The position numbers were made by a program, and so were the translations under genes. Shown piece after piece: positions 18,371 to 39,778 of a stretch of 64,000 bases of DNA (within the stretch, counting starts at the first letter, position 1; each line of letters begins with the position of its first letter). The notes under the pieces were generated by a model. That model saw only the letters and a list, made by a program, of their open reading frames with translations, did no database searches and had not been told where the DNA came from. Location: NCBI RefSeq assembly GCF_009914755.1, contig NC_060936.1, one strand, 5' to 3'. Source of the DNA: the human T2T-CHM13v2.0 reference genome, Homo sapiens.

Positions 18371-20000
18371 TTTCCAAACATTCATTTCATGCTTTTTTGT
18401 GGCCACTGTAATGTGTTAGTGTCAGTTCATAAAATTAGAGAAGAATAAAATTATCATGGCTATTAACACAAGGCAATTAAGCAAATCTTTCCTCATAAAC
18501 TAAAAACCACTCTCAAAATTTCATTCCAATGAATAATTATTGAGCCCATATTCAATGGAGAACAGCTAATAATTGTCCCTCCCTCATCCTTGAATAATCC
18601 ACTCCCCTCAGCCAGGATCTATGCCTCCTTTGTACATATCCTGTGCTTCTCTAGATTTCTACAATTATTCCATCTTCTGTCGTTTAGTGGTGGCCTTGTC
18701 CTACAGCTCAGAATCTTCTTAGAAAATGGGGGATAGCAGGAGGACACTCAGGGCTAATAAAAAAGTTGCTTCATTTTCTAAGTTAACAACAACAACAGGG
18801 AGAAAAGAGATTGTCTTTAACCTCCATGTTAGATTTTACTAATTGCAACTGGAAACTTTTAGGTTTGGAATGCTTTTATGGGACATTAAAATAACCCCAT
18901 TGAAAATAGTATGAAATCTCTAGTAAGATAATCAGGGAGAACGAGATGAAAATCACAAACCAGTCCTGGAATGGGCTCTGTTTCCTGTGGAGGTGCTGGG
19001 TTTGTATTGAATTAAGAAATGCTTTGATTCACTTTAATAAGAATAATTCACCACGTGTCTAGCATTCTGTTGTCACCTTCCCATAGTCTTAGTAAGTGTA
19101 GGATTTCCCTGCATCTGTGGCACCAAAACCCTCCTTTTCCTAACTGCCAAGACCCTTTTACAGGGCTGATATCCTGACATAGAAATGGAGTGTAAATTCA
19201 CTCCCCAAGAAGGATTTGGTAAAAACACTTGGTCCAGTCATACTCAGAAGTTCCTAAGGGTGGCAGGTGAATGGGACATGTCCTCATGAGCTAGCACCAT
19301 TTTCTCTCTTCTGCCCAAATGTGGACTCAGCTAACTCAACATAATGCCTGGGAAACAAAGATACAAAATGCGAGCAGAATTTTAGAGTTTAACTTATTAA
19401 ATCTCTCCTGGAATGTTTCCCAAGGAAAACCAAAGACCAGGAATAAAGAAAAAATACAAAAATCTATGGCCGTTCCTAGTGTGCTAGTCATGAGCTCTTC
19501 AGAATAAACAGCAGTAATATGTACTAGAAATCAGTGAATAAATGCCTTCCTTTAAGGGTAAGCCTCAAGGGAAATTACACTTTCTCTTAAAAATCAAAGA
19601 ACCTCCCTGTGTTGGTAATTGTCACAGTCAGCATCATCTCTGGATGGTGTGAAAATGGGTGTGGCCGGGACACAAGCAGAAATGCCCAAATGGATTTGGG
19701 CCATGAAGCTGCCCCTTGCTCTTGTAGTCAAATGTGAGATTTTCTCTGACTCCCCCACTGATTGTAAACGAAGGAAGACACAGCTAACATTGACTATTCA
19801 CTCCATGCTTTGAAGTGAGAACCCTACAAATCCTGAAGAAGTGCAGCATTCCAGAGGGAGCATGTTCTGCAAAGGAGAAACTAGTGGAAGAGCAAGAATT
19901 TGAAGTCATAAACCAACCTCATTTCAGTAGGCCTTTGACCACCAATAAAATATGATTTCTAGATTCCTCCATCTACAATCTGCAATCCCCAGTGCATTTA

Positions 20001-20054
20001 GAGAAGTGCTGGAATATACTTTGCCATGAGAAGTGCTGGAATATACTTTGCCAT
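20001..20054 (+). repeat. Perfect 27-bp tandem duplication
   Basis: gagaagtgctggaatatactttgccat x2. Confidence 0.95.
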
Positions 20055-21864
20055 TTTGGTGGATGTAAGAATCCGATTATTTAGAAATTTGCTCCTATAG
20101 GTATTCCCAAGCCTTCTTTCCAGAAGAAATCTCAAATATTCCTCAGGCTATTAAAGTATGTTTAGGGGACTGAGAGTCTTGAAATCTTATGACCCCATGG
20201 GTGAGTGGAAGATGGAAAGGGCTTGTGTGAAGGAGTAGGCAGAAAGAGGACCATTCCTAGTTCATAAAGCTTTTAAATACCTTTTTCTTCTGTTCAGTCT
20301 AAACAGGGTCTTGGAAGGGGCCTATGCAGAAGAGGGCCCCAAAGTTCAAGCTTCATTACCTTCATAGACCAATCAAATCCGACCAAATGCAACATGTCAG
20401 TCTTGTTTGGAGGCTCATTTAAATAAGCCTTTACTGTTGAATAAAATGTAAAAAGGCACATTTTAGACAATCAAGACAACTGCTGTATAAACTAAGTATA
20501 GCTATAACATAGTGTCAATATAAGACACATTTAGACTCTTTTTGTTTCTTATCATAAACTTGTGTTTCTGTCTATGTCTGTTTACTAAAAGGCACAAAAA
20601 AATTTTTTGTATGATACAGGGAGATTTGTTTTGGCAGTTCTAAAGATGAATAAGTGATAGACTTGAAACTATGTACTTTTACTCTAGAAAACTATATTTA
20701 TTGGCCTACTAGAGTATGAAAAAGTATTTGTCACTTAAAATTGTCTCTAGAGTTGCAAAGACAGGTTGAGTTTACTCAGTAATCTTGTGAAAGCTAACTG
20801 TCTGATTATGAACTCATAGTCATGTTGTATTTAATGCAGCCACTGAAGAGAGGACAGCAGATTCTCCTGTTAAAATTAGGAATACAGGTAATAATAGTTT
20901 GTTGTAAAGTAATTTGAATACAGTTACAAAGAAAGAGAAATAAACAATAGGACAATTTGTAGTATCTGTTTTAAACTATAATAAGGAATTTGTTTCTTTA
21001 TCCTAAGGGCGTTAACACACACTTCATTGAACACATGTACTGATTTCTGCTCTTTCCCAATATCCCAATAAACTTATAATAAAGAATCAAAAAGGAAATT
21101 AATACCCAAGGACAAGGAAAACAAAAGAGGAGACGACAGTATAAAATAAATGTAGACAAAACTGTAGAACTGAAATGATGACAATTAACTGAGTTTGTCA
21201 ATCAACATTGCCGAAACCAGACAGGAAGAAAGGACAGTGGTGCAATCAATTTACACAGGAACACCTGGAAAATTGGCTCTATTTGAATGTTGCATTTTCC
21301 TATGCAGAAATTTACATGTACACACATTTTAGTTTATATTCTGTATCAATGTTTAATCATTCTTCAACTGAATCCTGTCCATTTATTGTTATTGGATCCT
21401 AGGAATTTTAAGCTGTTCTAATGAATAAGGACATTCTCTCATATTCTCGCTCTCTCTCTATTGTATTTTCTATGCTGATACCTATAAACTTATGGCTTTG
21501 GGAAACTCAGTCAATGATATTAAGATTTTTCATCCTCTGAAAAGCGAACATAAATGCAAGAAATCCTCAAACACTATTGTAAAGACTAAAAGAGCAAAGG
21601 CATCAGAAACATCACTATAATAGGTAGAAAGGGACAATCAATAAATCTTTAGCTACATAGCCATGCATGTACAGAAATTGAAAATATGATATAGATAACA
21701 ATCCAATCACCAAAGAAAACTTGGTTATTCCATATTGTTTGGGCCAATCATGTATTCAACTTTTTTCACAATGTGGTGTCTTAATATTTGTATACATTAA
21801 GAAAGATTCAATCAAGCTAACCTATCATATTCCAACTTACCCTTTTTTTGTGGTGACAACATTT

Positions 21865-22580
21865 CCTTTTTTTTTTTTTTTACTTTAAGTTCTGTGATAT
21901 ATGTGCTGAACACGCAGGTTTGTTACACAGGTACACATATGCCATGGTGGTTTGCTGCTCCCATCAACACATCATCTAGGTTACAAGCCCAGTATGCATT
22001 AGGTATTTGTCCTAATGCATGCTGGGCTTGTAACCTAGATGACGTGTTACAATGCCTCTCCCTCCCCTTCCCCCCACCTCCTGATAGGCCCTGGTGTGTG
22101 ATGTTCCCCTCCCTGTGTCCCTGTGTTCTCATTGTTCAAGTCCCACTTGTGAGTGAGAATATGCGGTGTTTGGTTTTCTGTTCCTGTGTTAGTTTGCTGA
22201 GGATAATGGTTTCCAGCTTCATCTATGTCCCTGCAAAGGACATGAGCTCATTCTTTTTTATGGCTGCATAGTATTCCATGGTGTATATGTGCCACATTTT
22301 CTTTATCCAATCTATCATTGATGGGCATTTGGGTTGGTTCCAAGTCTTTGCTATTGTAAATAGTGCCACAATAAACATATGTGTTCATGTGTCTTTACAG
22401 TAGAATGATTTATAATTGCTTTGGTATATACCCAGTAATGAGATTGCTGTGTCAAATGGTATTTCTGGTTCTGAATTCTTGAGGAATTGCCACACTCTCT
22501 TCCACAATGGTTGAACTAATTTATACTCCCACCAACAGTGTAAACATGTTCAGATTTTTCTGCATCCTTGCCAGCATCTG
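21865..22580 (-). mobile_element. L1PA7/8-type 3' end carrying a fold-back hairpin
   Basis: Poly(T) followed by antisense L1 3'UTR and ORF2 C-terminus. Confidence 0.9.
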
Positions 22581-23080
22581 TAAATTAATTGGGTTATATG
22601 GTCATTTTTATGATATTGATTCTTCCTATCCATGAACACAGAATTTTTTTGTGTCATACTCTTATATTTTGGAAACACACACTGAGGCTTTTGGAGGGTG
22701 CAGGGTGGAAGGAGGAAGATGATCAAGAAAAATAACTAATGTTACTAGGCTTAATACCTGGGTGAGGAAATAATCTGTGCAACATACCCCCATCAGAAGT
22801 TTACCTATGTAACAAATGTGCACTTGTACCCCTGAACTTAAAATAAGAGTTAAAAAATTATTGTTAACATAAAAAAAGAAAAATCTAAACTCCACCACAA
22901 ACACTTAGAACTAAAAAACAAGTTCACTAACATTGAAGGATAAATTATCAATATGCAAAAATTAGTAGCATATAACAACAATAAAATAGCATGAAAGAAA
23001 AATCAAATATTCAATTCCCTCTACAAAGCTACAAAAAATTAATTACTCAGTAATAAATTTAGCCAAGCAGATTAATACTT
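22580..23080. mobile_element. Cluster of older L1 fragments, including a plus-strand L1PA13-16-like 3' end at ~22680-22880
   Basis: gaaaaataactaatgttactaggcttaatacctgggtgaggaaataatctgt...cccctgaacttaaaataagag. Confidence 0.7.
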
Positions 23081-24249
23081 GTCAGCTATATGACAGAAAA
23101 TGTCAGTCAATCATATTGAGCTTTGTTCCTTCATCTGAGAAGTAAACATAATGCAAGAAATTATCAAAGGGCTATTGTAAGGACAAAAGGGCAAATGATA
23201 TAAAACAGGTATTACTATTCTAAGTATAATGGAATGGTTGTTACATCTTTAGCGATTTACCCATATCTGTATGGAAATTTATTGTATGATTCTGAAGCAA
23301 TACAACCAATGACTAAAACTTGGTCATTAAATGTTGTTTGGGGATAATTCAATTTCCAATTAGTTTGCAAACTGATTTTAGATCTCTCTCTCACAGCATG
23401 GGCTTCCTCACGACATGTGGACAGGTTCCTGAGAGAACAGGTTAGAATTATATGGCATTTTTAGGATCTAGACTCAAAAGTTACTAAGCATCACTTCTTA
23501 CATACTCTATTGGTCAAAGCAGTTACAATGGTCCACTGAGGTTCAAGTGGGAGGAATCCGATGTCACCAGTTGCAGGGAAGATATCAAGGTCCCATTGTC
23601 ATCAGAAAGCATGAGGTGAGAGATGATCTTTTGGACGTTTTTGGAAGGTATGATCTGCCACACATTGCAAATTCCAAGATGTTAAAAATGTAAACACGTG
23701 CATCTAAAAATCAACAACTGTGGTAAGAAATGTATGGTAGAATTTCTTATCAATGTCATTAAGCAGAAGAGAAGACCCTGTTCTGAGAGAAAATCTATGT
23801 GTTCACTTAAAAGAAAAGTAAGTCTGTCATTAATCACTTGAAAATAATCCCTCTTTTAAAGATATCTGTATAATGTTATAACAATATGAGGAAGATTTCT
23901 GTTGCTTTGTATAACATATTTAAAAAGTTGTGATTGTATTTCTCCCAGATATCACTAAAACAGTGGTAAACTAAGGCTAAAAACACTTGACTTTACACTA
24001 CTCATATTGCCTCTGTCTACAGCCCCAACCACTGAAAAAGTAACACCAACTCTGGGGCCAGGACATTGGAGATGCTCTCAGGCAGAAACCTAATAGCTAT
24101 CCATGTGATATACAAATTTATCTCTTGATATACAACTCTCTGACCAATCTCCCTCCTGACTTTCTGAAATTTTCAATTTCTTGTGATAAATGAACCAAAA
24201 TTTCGGTCCCTTAAAATGGTATCCACAATTTAGCTGATGTTTCCTAAGA

Positions 24250-24650
24250 CATGATATAGCGACCAGAAGTTTGATTTTGAGTATTCCAGAAGGAGAAGAA
24301 ATGAGTAAGAGCATGGAAAAAATTTTTAAACAAAATAGTAGCTAAAAAATTTGTCAAATCTAGCAAGAGACTGGGACACCCAAATACAGGACCTCAAACA
24401 TATTCAAATTGACACAACCCCAAAAGGCCTTCTCCAAGGCACATAAGAGTCAAAATGTCAAGATCAAAACCAAAGAGAAAATTCTAAAAAGAGTAAGATA
24501 AAAGCATCAAGACATATATTAGGGAAGCCTCATCATATTAGGAGTGATTTTCACAGAAGAAACTGTACAGTCTAGGAGATATGAAATAATATATTTAAAG
24601 TGTTCAAAGAAAAAAAAATTCTGCCAGCCACAAATACTATCTCCAGATAG
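24250..24650 (+). mobile_element. Old L1 ORF1 fragment
   Basis: Decayed ORF1 motifs (ttctccaaggcacataagagtcaaaatgtcaag; gaagaaactgtacagtctaggaga). Confidence 0.75.
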
Positions 24651-24679
24651 ATGTGCAGTCCAGAGATGTGCAGTCCAGC

Positions 24680-26775
24680 CTACATAGCTTATGGTAGCCC
24701 TTCAAGTAGGAAAGGAAGGTCAGAGAGAAGGAACAAAGGAGAATGCAGGGCAGACGTGCCTTGCTCTTCCTGTCCGATGAATACAGGAAGACAGCAGGAG
24801 ATGCTTTTAAATATCAATCCGTTCAGGCATTTTCCTGACCTTCTCCAATGCTTGCAAAGGGTGAAAGAGATGGGTGTATCAGGAAAGAATAAATACCAGC
24901 TATAAACTCATGGGAAACAATCAGAATGGAGTTTGCCAAAGATTTGAAAGACAGAGATAGGGTGGGTAAAGCAACAACCATACTCTAGCAGCAGCTCAGG
25001 CACCTGGAGATGAGTCAAAGCCCTAAGTAATTCACTTGCCATCTAAAATGGCAGCAAATTTAACATGTCTCAAGTCATGTTCTTGATTTCAACATCCTAA
25101 AACCTCTCTCCCTCAAAATATTTTGTTACTTACCTAAGCAATTACCACAGAGTAGTGTCTTAAACAACAGAAATTCATTTTTTCACAGTTTCATTGAGAT
25201 CATGGTGTCAACAGGTTCAGTGTTTCCTTAGCCTCTAGACATCTGCCTTCTTGCTATGTCCTCAAAAAAGGAGCTGCCTTGGTGCATGTGGATATTTGGT
25301 GTCTCTCTGTGTATGCAAATGTCTTCTTCTTATAAGGACACCTAGCAGATGGGACTATGTGCCCCCATAACAGCCTCATTTTAAGTTAATCCACACATTT
25401 CTGTTCTTGCCTTCAAATATGGTCATATTCTGAGAAACTAGGAGTGAAGTCTTTCATCATATAAATAAGGGGAAACAGAATTCAGCCCATAGCACTACCC
25501 AGTGTCTTCTCAGTCCACGACAGCAGTTTCTTTTTTGTTCAAATATATTGGAATCACGCTTGCCTTTCTCTCACCGAAGCCTGGTCCATGAGCAAATCCA
25601 GTGGGCTCACCTCTAAATCCCTCGCAATATGAACACTTGCATATTCCCTACTACAGAGCTGTAGTTCATGCCATGATTCTCTCTCAAGGAGGATGTTAAG
25701 AACCTTAACCAGGTCTTGATAACATTCTTGTTACATTCCATATCAGTTCTCCCCACAATAGCCAGAGTGACCTTTTACAGATGAAAATTAGATCATATAC
25801 CATTTGTGCTTCACACCCACCACAGGTTTTTATTACACTGGTAATCAGATTTGAATTTCATATGTCAGCTTCTTCATACCCACATGACTTTCTCTTTCTT
25901 AAAAAATGGGAGATTCTTTGAGTAGGACAGAAAGCAGAATCTTCCTCAACTTCATCTTGAACTAGCTTGTCTGCAACGCAAGAGAGTTGTCTACCAGGAG
26001 AGATGAACATGAAGAGAGTGGATGGACTTGTGATGTGATTGAGTGAATTGCATTGAGTCCTGTGGTCTGGGAATAGTTCATGGGAATTGGAGGAATCCTT
26101 GTGCCCATTGAATCAACTAAGTATTATTTTAATATAATTAGCAATGAAACAAAAATGTCTCAAAAAATTCAAATTTGCATAGATTTTTCTATAAATCCTG
26201 ACTACACAATTACCATATTGGTTCATATAGTTTATTATTATCTTTTCTCTTATAAACACATATTTCACAATTATTTTAGGGTATTCATATTCATATTCAA
26301 TGAACACATTGTAGCCATGACTGATTATAATAAAAATATTTCTTAAGCATTTACTGTATGTCATTTAATCTTCAGAATCAGCTTATTAGGTAAGAATAAT
26401 GTTTACTACTATCTCAGTTTTATAGGTGAGCTGACTGAGGCACATGCCAAAGTTGTTAGAATGGTAATAAGTGGTATAGATGGCTGTCAGTCTTCAGAGC
26501 CTATGTTCTTGCTTACTGTACTCCACTACTTTCTTGCTATTTACTTATATATTTATTTACTTCCAAAAAAGTCAGAAGAAACCAGGTCCAGAATATAAAC
26601 TCAGGTACAAGTGATAGGAAATGTGTAAGGTAAAACTTCTCCTGAGATCTTAAAGGTGAGGTAATAAAAAACTCTTTTCTGAATAAATAAGTTTCTTTCT
26701 AAATCATAAACACATTTACACAGGATTCTCCAGACCTGTCTTTCTTTTCATCTTTACACAAAATATACTCATTAG
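24680..26775 (+). repeat. Low-copy repeat: direct copy of the PRB3 upstream segment ~42700-44235
   Basis: ttttcctgaccttctccaatg...gtgtatcaggaaagaataaataccagctat vs 42900-42965; 25930-25950 vs 43490-43510; 26270-26770 vs 43735-44235. Confidence 0.88.
25120..25495 (-). mobile_element. MLT1 LTR (paralog of 11975-12370)
   Basis: Reverse-complement match ending gggaaacagaattcagcccatagca. Confidence 0.8.
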
Positions 26776-27296
26776 AATATGAGCATCTTTGGGATGCCCA
26801 TGTTTTCCTCCCACAGAGAGGATAGGTAATCTTACTTTTCTCCAATTTGTTTTAGTAGTGTGTGTGGAGGTACTTATCCAGGATTTGATAATGCACTACT
26901 TGGTCCTATTCAGTTGGCTCTCTTTACAGAGAAGCATCCATTTTTTTCTTGGGTGCCACATAGCAGACACAGTAAATTTATTATCTTTTCAAATTCTTCA
27001 CCTGCCTCGTCAGGCCTGGAAGAGCATATAGCTCAGCCCCTGCTCACTCCTATAATTTCTGTTTTATTTATGAACTTTAAAAATACTTACTAATGAGAAT
27101 AAAAAGAATGAACAATGCCTTTGATTTTGGTATTTTTGTGGAGCCCCCTCTAAACTGCAGGGCCTGGGAAAGCAGATCTTCTTGAAATACAGAGTGCCCA
27201 ACATAATAAATGAAAAAGACCTACATCAACTTATATCTAATTAAATCTTAATGATAAGAAAGATCTTGAAGATTCCACTTTAAAAAAGCGTCATGA

Positions 27297-34210
<6,914 letters not shown>

Positions 34211-34930
34211 AAAACCGTAATGAGATATCATCTTACCTCAGTCAGAATGACTATGATTAAAAGGGTGAAAACTGAAGAGATGTTGGCAAGGATATGGAGA
34301 AAGAAGAACTCTTATACACACTTGGTGGGAATGTAAATTAGTACAGCTTCTGTGGAGAACTGTGATTTCTCAAAGAACTAAAACTAGAACTACATTTGCA
34401 TTGAGCAACCCTACTTCTGGGTATCTTCCCAAAGGAAAAGTAGTCAGTGTAACAAATACATACCTTTATCTGTATGTTTATTGTAGCAACATTCATGGGA
34501 ACAAAGATATTGAATCAACCAAAGTGTCCATTAATGAATGATTGGGTTAAAAATGTAATTATATATACCCAATGCCATACCACTCACTCATAATGAGAGA
34601 ATGAAATCACATATATTGTGGCAATATGGATGGAACTGGGGGTCATTTTCTTAAGCAAAACAGGCTAGATACAGGAAATGAAATATAACATGTTCTCACT
34701 CATAAGCGGATGCTAAAGAATGTGTATGCACAGATGAAGAGAGTGAAATAATACACAATGAAGACTTGGAAGTGGAAGGCAGAGGGGTTGAATATTGGGA
34801 TATTAATTAATAAATACAGTGTTTGTTATTTGAATAATGAATACCTTAATGCTGTGACTTATGCACTATGTAATCTATGTAACAAAACTGAACTTGTAAT
34901 ACATACATTTGTGCAAATAAAATTTTTAAA
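34211..34930 (+). mobile_element. L1MA-type 3' end
   Basis: Decayed ORF2 C-terminus and 3'UTR (aatgagatatcatcttacctcagtcagaatgac...catgttctcactcataag). Confidence 0.85.
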
Positions 34931-34999
34931 AAATAACAGAAACTCTAGTCATACTGCTCCCCCATCCTCACCATTAAAAAGAAGAGGCAATGACCAGTG

Positions 35000-36360
35000 T
35001 GGCCATAGCAGAATGAATTAGGTATAGAGCAGCCACCAATTCCAGAGATAGTTAGGGCTCAATACATAGGACTTTAGGATAGTTGAAAATTAGCATCTTG
35101 TTCTTAGAGAGTAAAAGTGGTGGCCATCAACTGGAAAACATAGAAAAGTAATATAATTTTTAAATGGCCAAGGTGGGTAATTGATTGTTGGGAAATAAAT
35201 AGAACTATTTGGTGTAAACTGCAGGTGAGGCTTGCTTAGATGGGCTGATAGATATGAAAGTGATGAAACTGGCTGCAGTCAGAAATTATTTTGAAGCTTG
35301 AACTTCACAATGATAACATAGTTGATTTGACTAGATGTAATGTGATGTAAGAGGAAAAGAGTCTAGAATAAATCCTAGTTTCCTTAATTAATTAGAGAAT
35401 AATTTACCAAGAGCAAATAGAGTTGGAAGAGGAGTAATTCTGTAGTTGTAGGAGGGAGAGACAGAGGTAGAAGAAAACAGGGAAGAGAACAGGAGGTTCC
35501 AGGAAAGACTGATAGAGTGTTCCCCAAAGAAGGGTAGGATCAATGGTGTTAAACTGCTGAGGGGTCACAGGAGATGGATGACTGAGAATTGATTCCTGAA
35601 ATGAGTAGAATGGAGGCAGTAGATGACCTTGACAGACTTGGAGTGGAAAGAACAAAAGCATCTTTAATGTGTGTTTTAAAAAAAAATGGAAGGGAGGGGA
35701 TGGGGAAATAATCACATACATACGTTTCAAGAACTTTTGCAATACAAATGGCAGACAAATAATATGGTAGGAAAGAAGCACTAAGAGTCTTAGCAAAACC
35801 TCTGTAGAAATGGGTGATGTTTCAGCAGGTTTTTGCTGATTGAAGTAATCCCATAGAGCATAGATGTAAGAATCAGGAGACAAAAGGGTCACATGCAGAA
35901 GCAAAATCCTTGATTGGGTAATGTGGTTCAGAGTCATGAGGGTAGGTAAGAGATAGGGGTAGGGAGGCTTCAACTACAGTAATAGGAGAGAAGCCAGAGA
36001 ACTGGGATTGAACTGAATGTGGGTTGCTCAACTTGGTGGTGATTATGGCAAGATCCTTCTATTCCAATTTTTCTGAAATTCATAGTGAATTATCTGGGCT
36101 ATCGGTGGGCACAGGGGCAGTTTTCTAATATTGAACCTTCCTTGCTTGAGAAGCAGACATGCCAATCTCTGCAAGGTTTTTGGTATGTATGTTATCTGAA
36201 TAGTCTCCATACTCTAAGGTAGTTGTTATGATTCTTCTCATTGTAGATAAGGAAATTGACGCTCTGAGAGACCAAGTAGCTTTTTAAGAGTTCAGAGCTA
36301 GCAAGAAAGAGTTATGTCTTAACTAAAATCTGAGAGTGTCCCAGTTCTTTGCTCCTAAAA
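35000..36360. mobile_element. Probable L2 remnants plus a MIR at ~36200-36360
   Basis: Purine-rich L2-like motifs (gatgactgagaattga; gatgaccttgacag) and a MIR core cattgtagataaggaaattgacgctctgagag. Confidence 0.5.
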
Positions 36361-36671
36361 GTCATGCTGACTTCTTGATGAAATCCATTCAGGTTTCATT
36401 AAAGAAAGGTGAGGAACATAGGGAGGGAGAGAAGTGATCACTGTTAAAATAGGGTCAATGGGATAGAGAGGGTTCTAGGGATAAGAAGCACAGACCCATA
36501 TTCATTCACTTGAAACCAAACTCAGTTTCTTAGAAATTATAGGGATTTCTTTTAGTTTCTATGACTTATTTTCCATTTGTTGTGTTTTTTGTCCTTAAAA
36601 TTACTGGAATATCAGTAAACAATCTGAAAATAATTTTAAAATTTCAATTTGTGCTGTAGAAGCCAGAGAAG

Positions 36672-36968
36672 GGCCAGGCATGGTGGCTGACTCCTGTAAT
36701 CCCAACATATTTGGAGGCCGAGGCAAGCAGATGACCTGAAGTCAGAAGTTCTAGCCTAGTCTGGCCAACAGAGTGAAACCCCATCTCACATAAAATTACA
36801 AAAATTACCCAGGAATGATGGTGGGATCCTGTAATCCCAGCTACTGTGAAGGGTGAGGTAGGAGAATAGCTTGAATCCAGGAGATGCAGGTTGTAGTGAG
36901 CCAAGATTATGCCACTGCACTCCAACCTAGGTGATAGAGCAAGACTCCATTTCAGAAAAAGAAAAAAA
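36672..36968 (+). mobile_element. AluS just downstream of the PRB3 poly(A) site
   Basis: Full dimer; TSD ~agaag(c/t)cag(a/g)gaa. Confidence 0.9.
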
Positions 36969-37149
36969 TAGAAGTCAGGGAAGGAGATAAACAGTAAAAT
37001 ATTTTTCATGGCAGCTGGCTAAATTAGGATTAAAGAGGAGGGAATCTCCCTGGAAGCATCAAAGAGAAGGGGTCCTAGATGTTCTTATAATGTGTTCTTG
37101 GTCCTCACACTCCACATTCACAAACACTGAGAAAGAGACACCACAATCA

Positions 37150-37262
37150 GAAATTGTAAGCTGTTTATTTTATTGGTATATTAAAGGTAGAGCTATGACC
37201 ACCTTCTTCCAATGTCATGGCATTTGAATCATTTGAATCACTGTCATCTTCTTGTTCACTTC
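37150..37262 (-). other. PRB3: PRB3 exon 4 (3' UTR)
   Basis: Acceptor tttgtttgtttcAG|GAAGTG at 37262, followed by poly(A) signals and a GU-rich downstream element. Confidence 0.9.
37164..37174 (-). terminator. Two overlapping AATAAA polyadenylation signals of PRB3
   Basis: Minus strand reads ccAATAAAATAAAcag, followed by ttgtggtgtctctttctcagtgtttgtg. Confidence 0.9.
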
Positions 37263-38425
37263 CTGAAACAAACAAACAAGGAATTTCATAGAGCAGACTT
37301 GACATGGCAGGAAATGTCGAATTCCTCACTGGTGTTACTGCAGTAGAGTACATGAGATCCCATCCTCTCTCCCCAATCCCTTCAACCTCCTGTGATTCTT
37401 TCCTGATTTTTTCTGTGTTCACTCTTTTGATGCCCTTGCACACAATGTGCTCCAAATTGTTGCTGAGAAGATGAAGAGAAAAGATCATCCTTAGGTTGTT
37501 ATGACTCATTGCTGTTGAATTTGTTCAGGGATATATTTACACATATGATAATCAGAACCTATTTTATAATAGTGATAAGATGAAACCACCCTCAGTATCC
37601 AGTGACAGGGATTGATTAAAGAAATCATGGTGCAGCCACACAATGGAGTAGCATAAAATTGTAAAAGCAAACAGAAAACCACTGAAGAGATGTATTTAGC
37701 TTCATAAACTGATGTGGAAATTTTCAAGAAGTGTATTTTTAAATGACTACCATATATACCTGCATATAAGTTATGGTATTAGTGGTAGGGTAAAAGAATG
37801 CTGTATGTCTATGCACACATAAATATTTCAAAGAGAAGATCCCATAAAGTCAACAGTGGTAGCTTTTTGAAGGAAGGAAGGTGAGTAGGATGAGCTACGC
37901 CTTTAAAATTAACTTCATATTTTTCCATTCCATTAGATATCTTTTGTTAGCTTAATCATGTACTTACTGAAAACTAAGTATGTAAAAAATGAGACACCAT
38001 TTAGCTGCTGAAAGATCAGGGACCATTTGGCAGGAATACTGGACTCGAGAGGCTGGCGTGAGGCAGGAATGAGCAAACAGTGCTCAGGTGAAAAATTTAA
38101 ATGCAATATCTCTGAGTTTGTGGACCGAAAGCAGAGCACCAAGAATGGACATGGTACTACTTCCTCATTGCCAACACAATTTAAGACAGATTGTATGGTA
38201 TGTTGTTTCTCAACATCAGAGTTCCTTAAAGAGTTTGTTAGAAATACAGGGTCTTCTTACCCTATTCCAGAGTATCTGAATACAAATCTTTAGAAATGGG
38301 TTCTAGGACAATACAATGTCAATGGGTTTTTAGTTGATTCATTGGCACAATAAAGTTGGAGAACTGTAACACTTAGAGCACTTGGTGAAGAATAAACTGG
38401 AATCATACCTGTCATTGAACCTTGA

Positions 38426-39373
<948 letters not shown>

Positions 39374-39742
39374 TCAGTGAAGCTCTAGAACTCTGGAGTG
39401 GAATGCTGGAGAAGAAGGAAGCAGTTGAGGGGCTCTCAGTCTAAGGAGGAGTCAGAATAAGGACACTGGCCATTTGTCTGTCATCTCCCAGCAGGCACTC
39501 CTGGCAGGAGGGAAGTCAACCCACTCCCGTTTTCATCTAAGCCAAGCATCTCTGCCATTCAATTTGGTGGCCCTGCTCATGGTCCCCAAAATCAAGGTTG
39601 CATGAAGATTGCCTGCATTATTAGGGGGACTAATATTAATCAATTTCTAAAGGAAAATGTTGGTGAGAAGACACTGGAGAACTGATCCATTCATAAGCAG
39701 AAGAAGATAGTTAAAACAGATTGAGAGTGAATTGGGATTTAC

Positions 39743-39778
39743 CTGATATTACGGAGGGAGATTCTTCCTGGCTGACAT
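39743..39778 (-). CDS. PRB3: PRB3 exon 2 (36 nt, DVSQEESPSVISG)
   Basis: Acceptor cttctcttctAG|AT and donor CAG|GTAAAT; phase 1-1. Confidence 0.97.

Noticed and set aside
35404-35973. 189-aa minus-strand ORF
   Set aside because: Low-complexity L/F/S/P composition from purine-skewed L2-like DNA; no recognisable domain.
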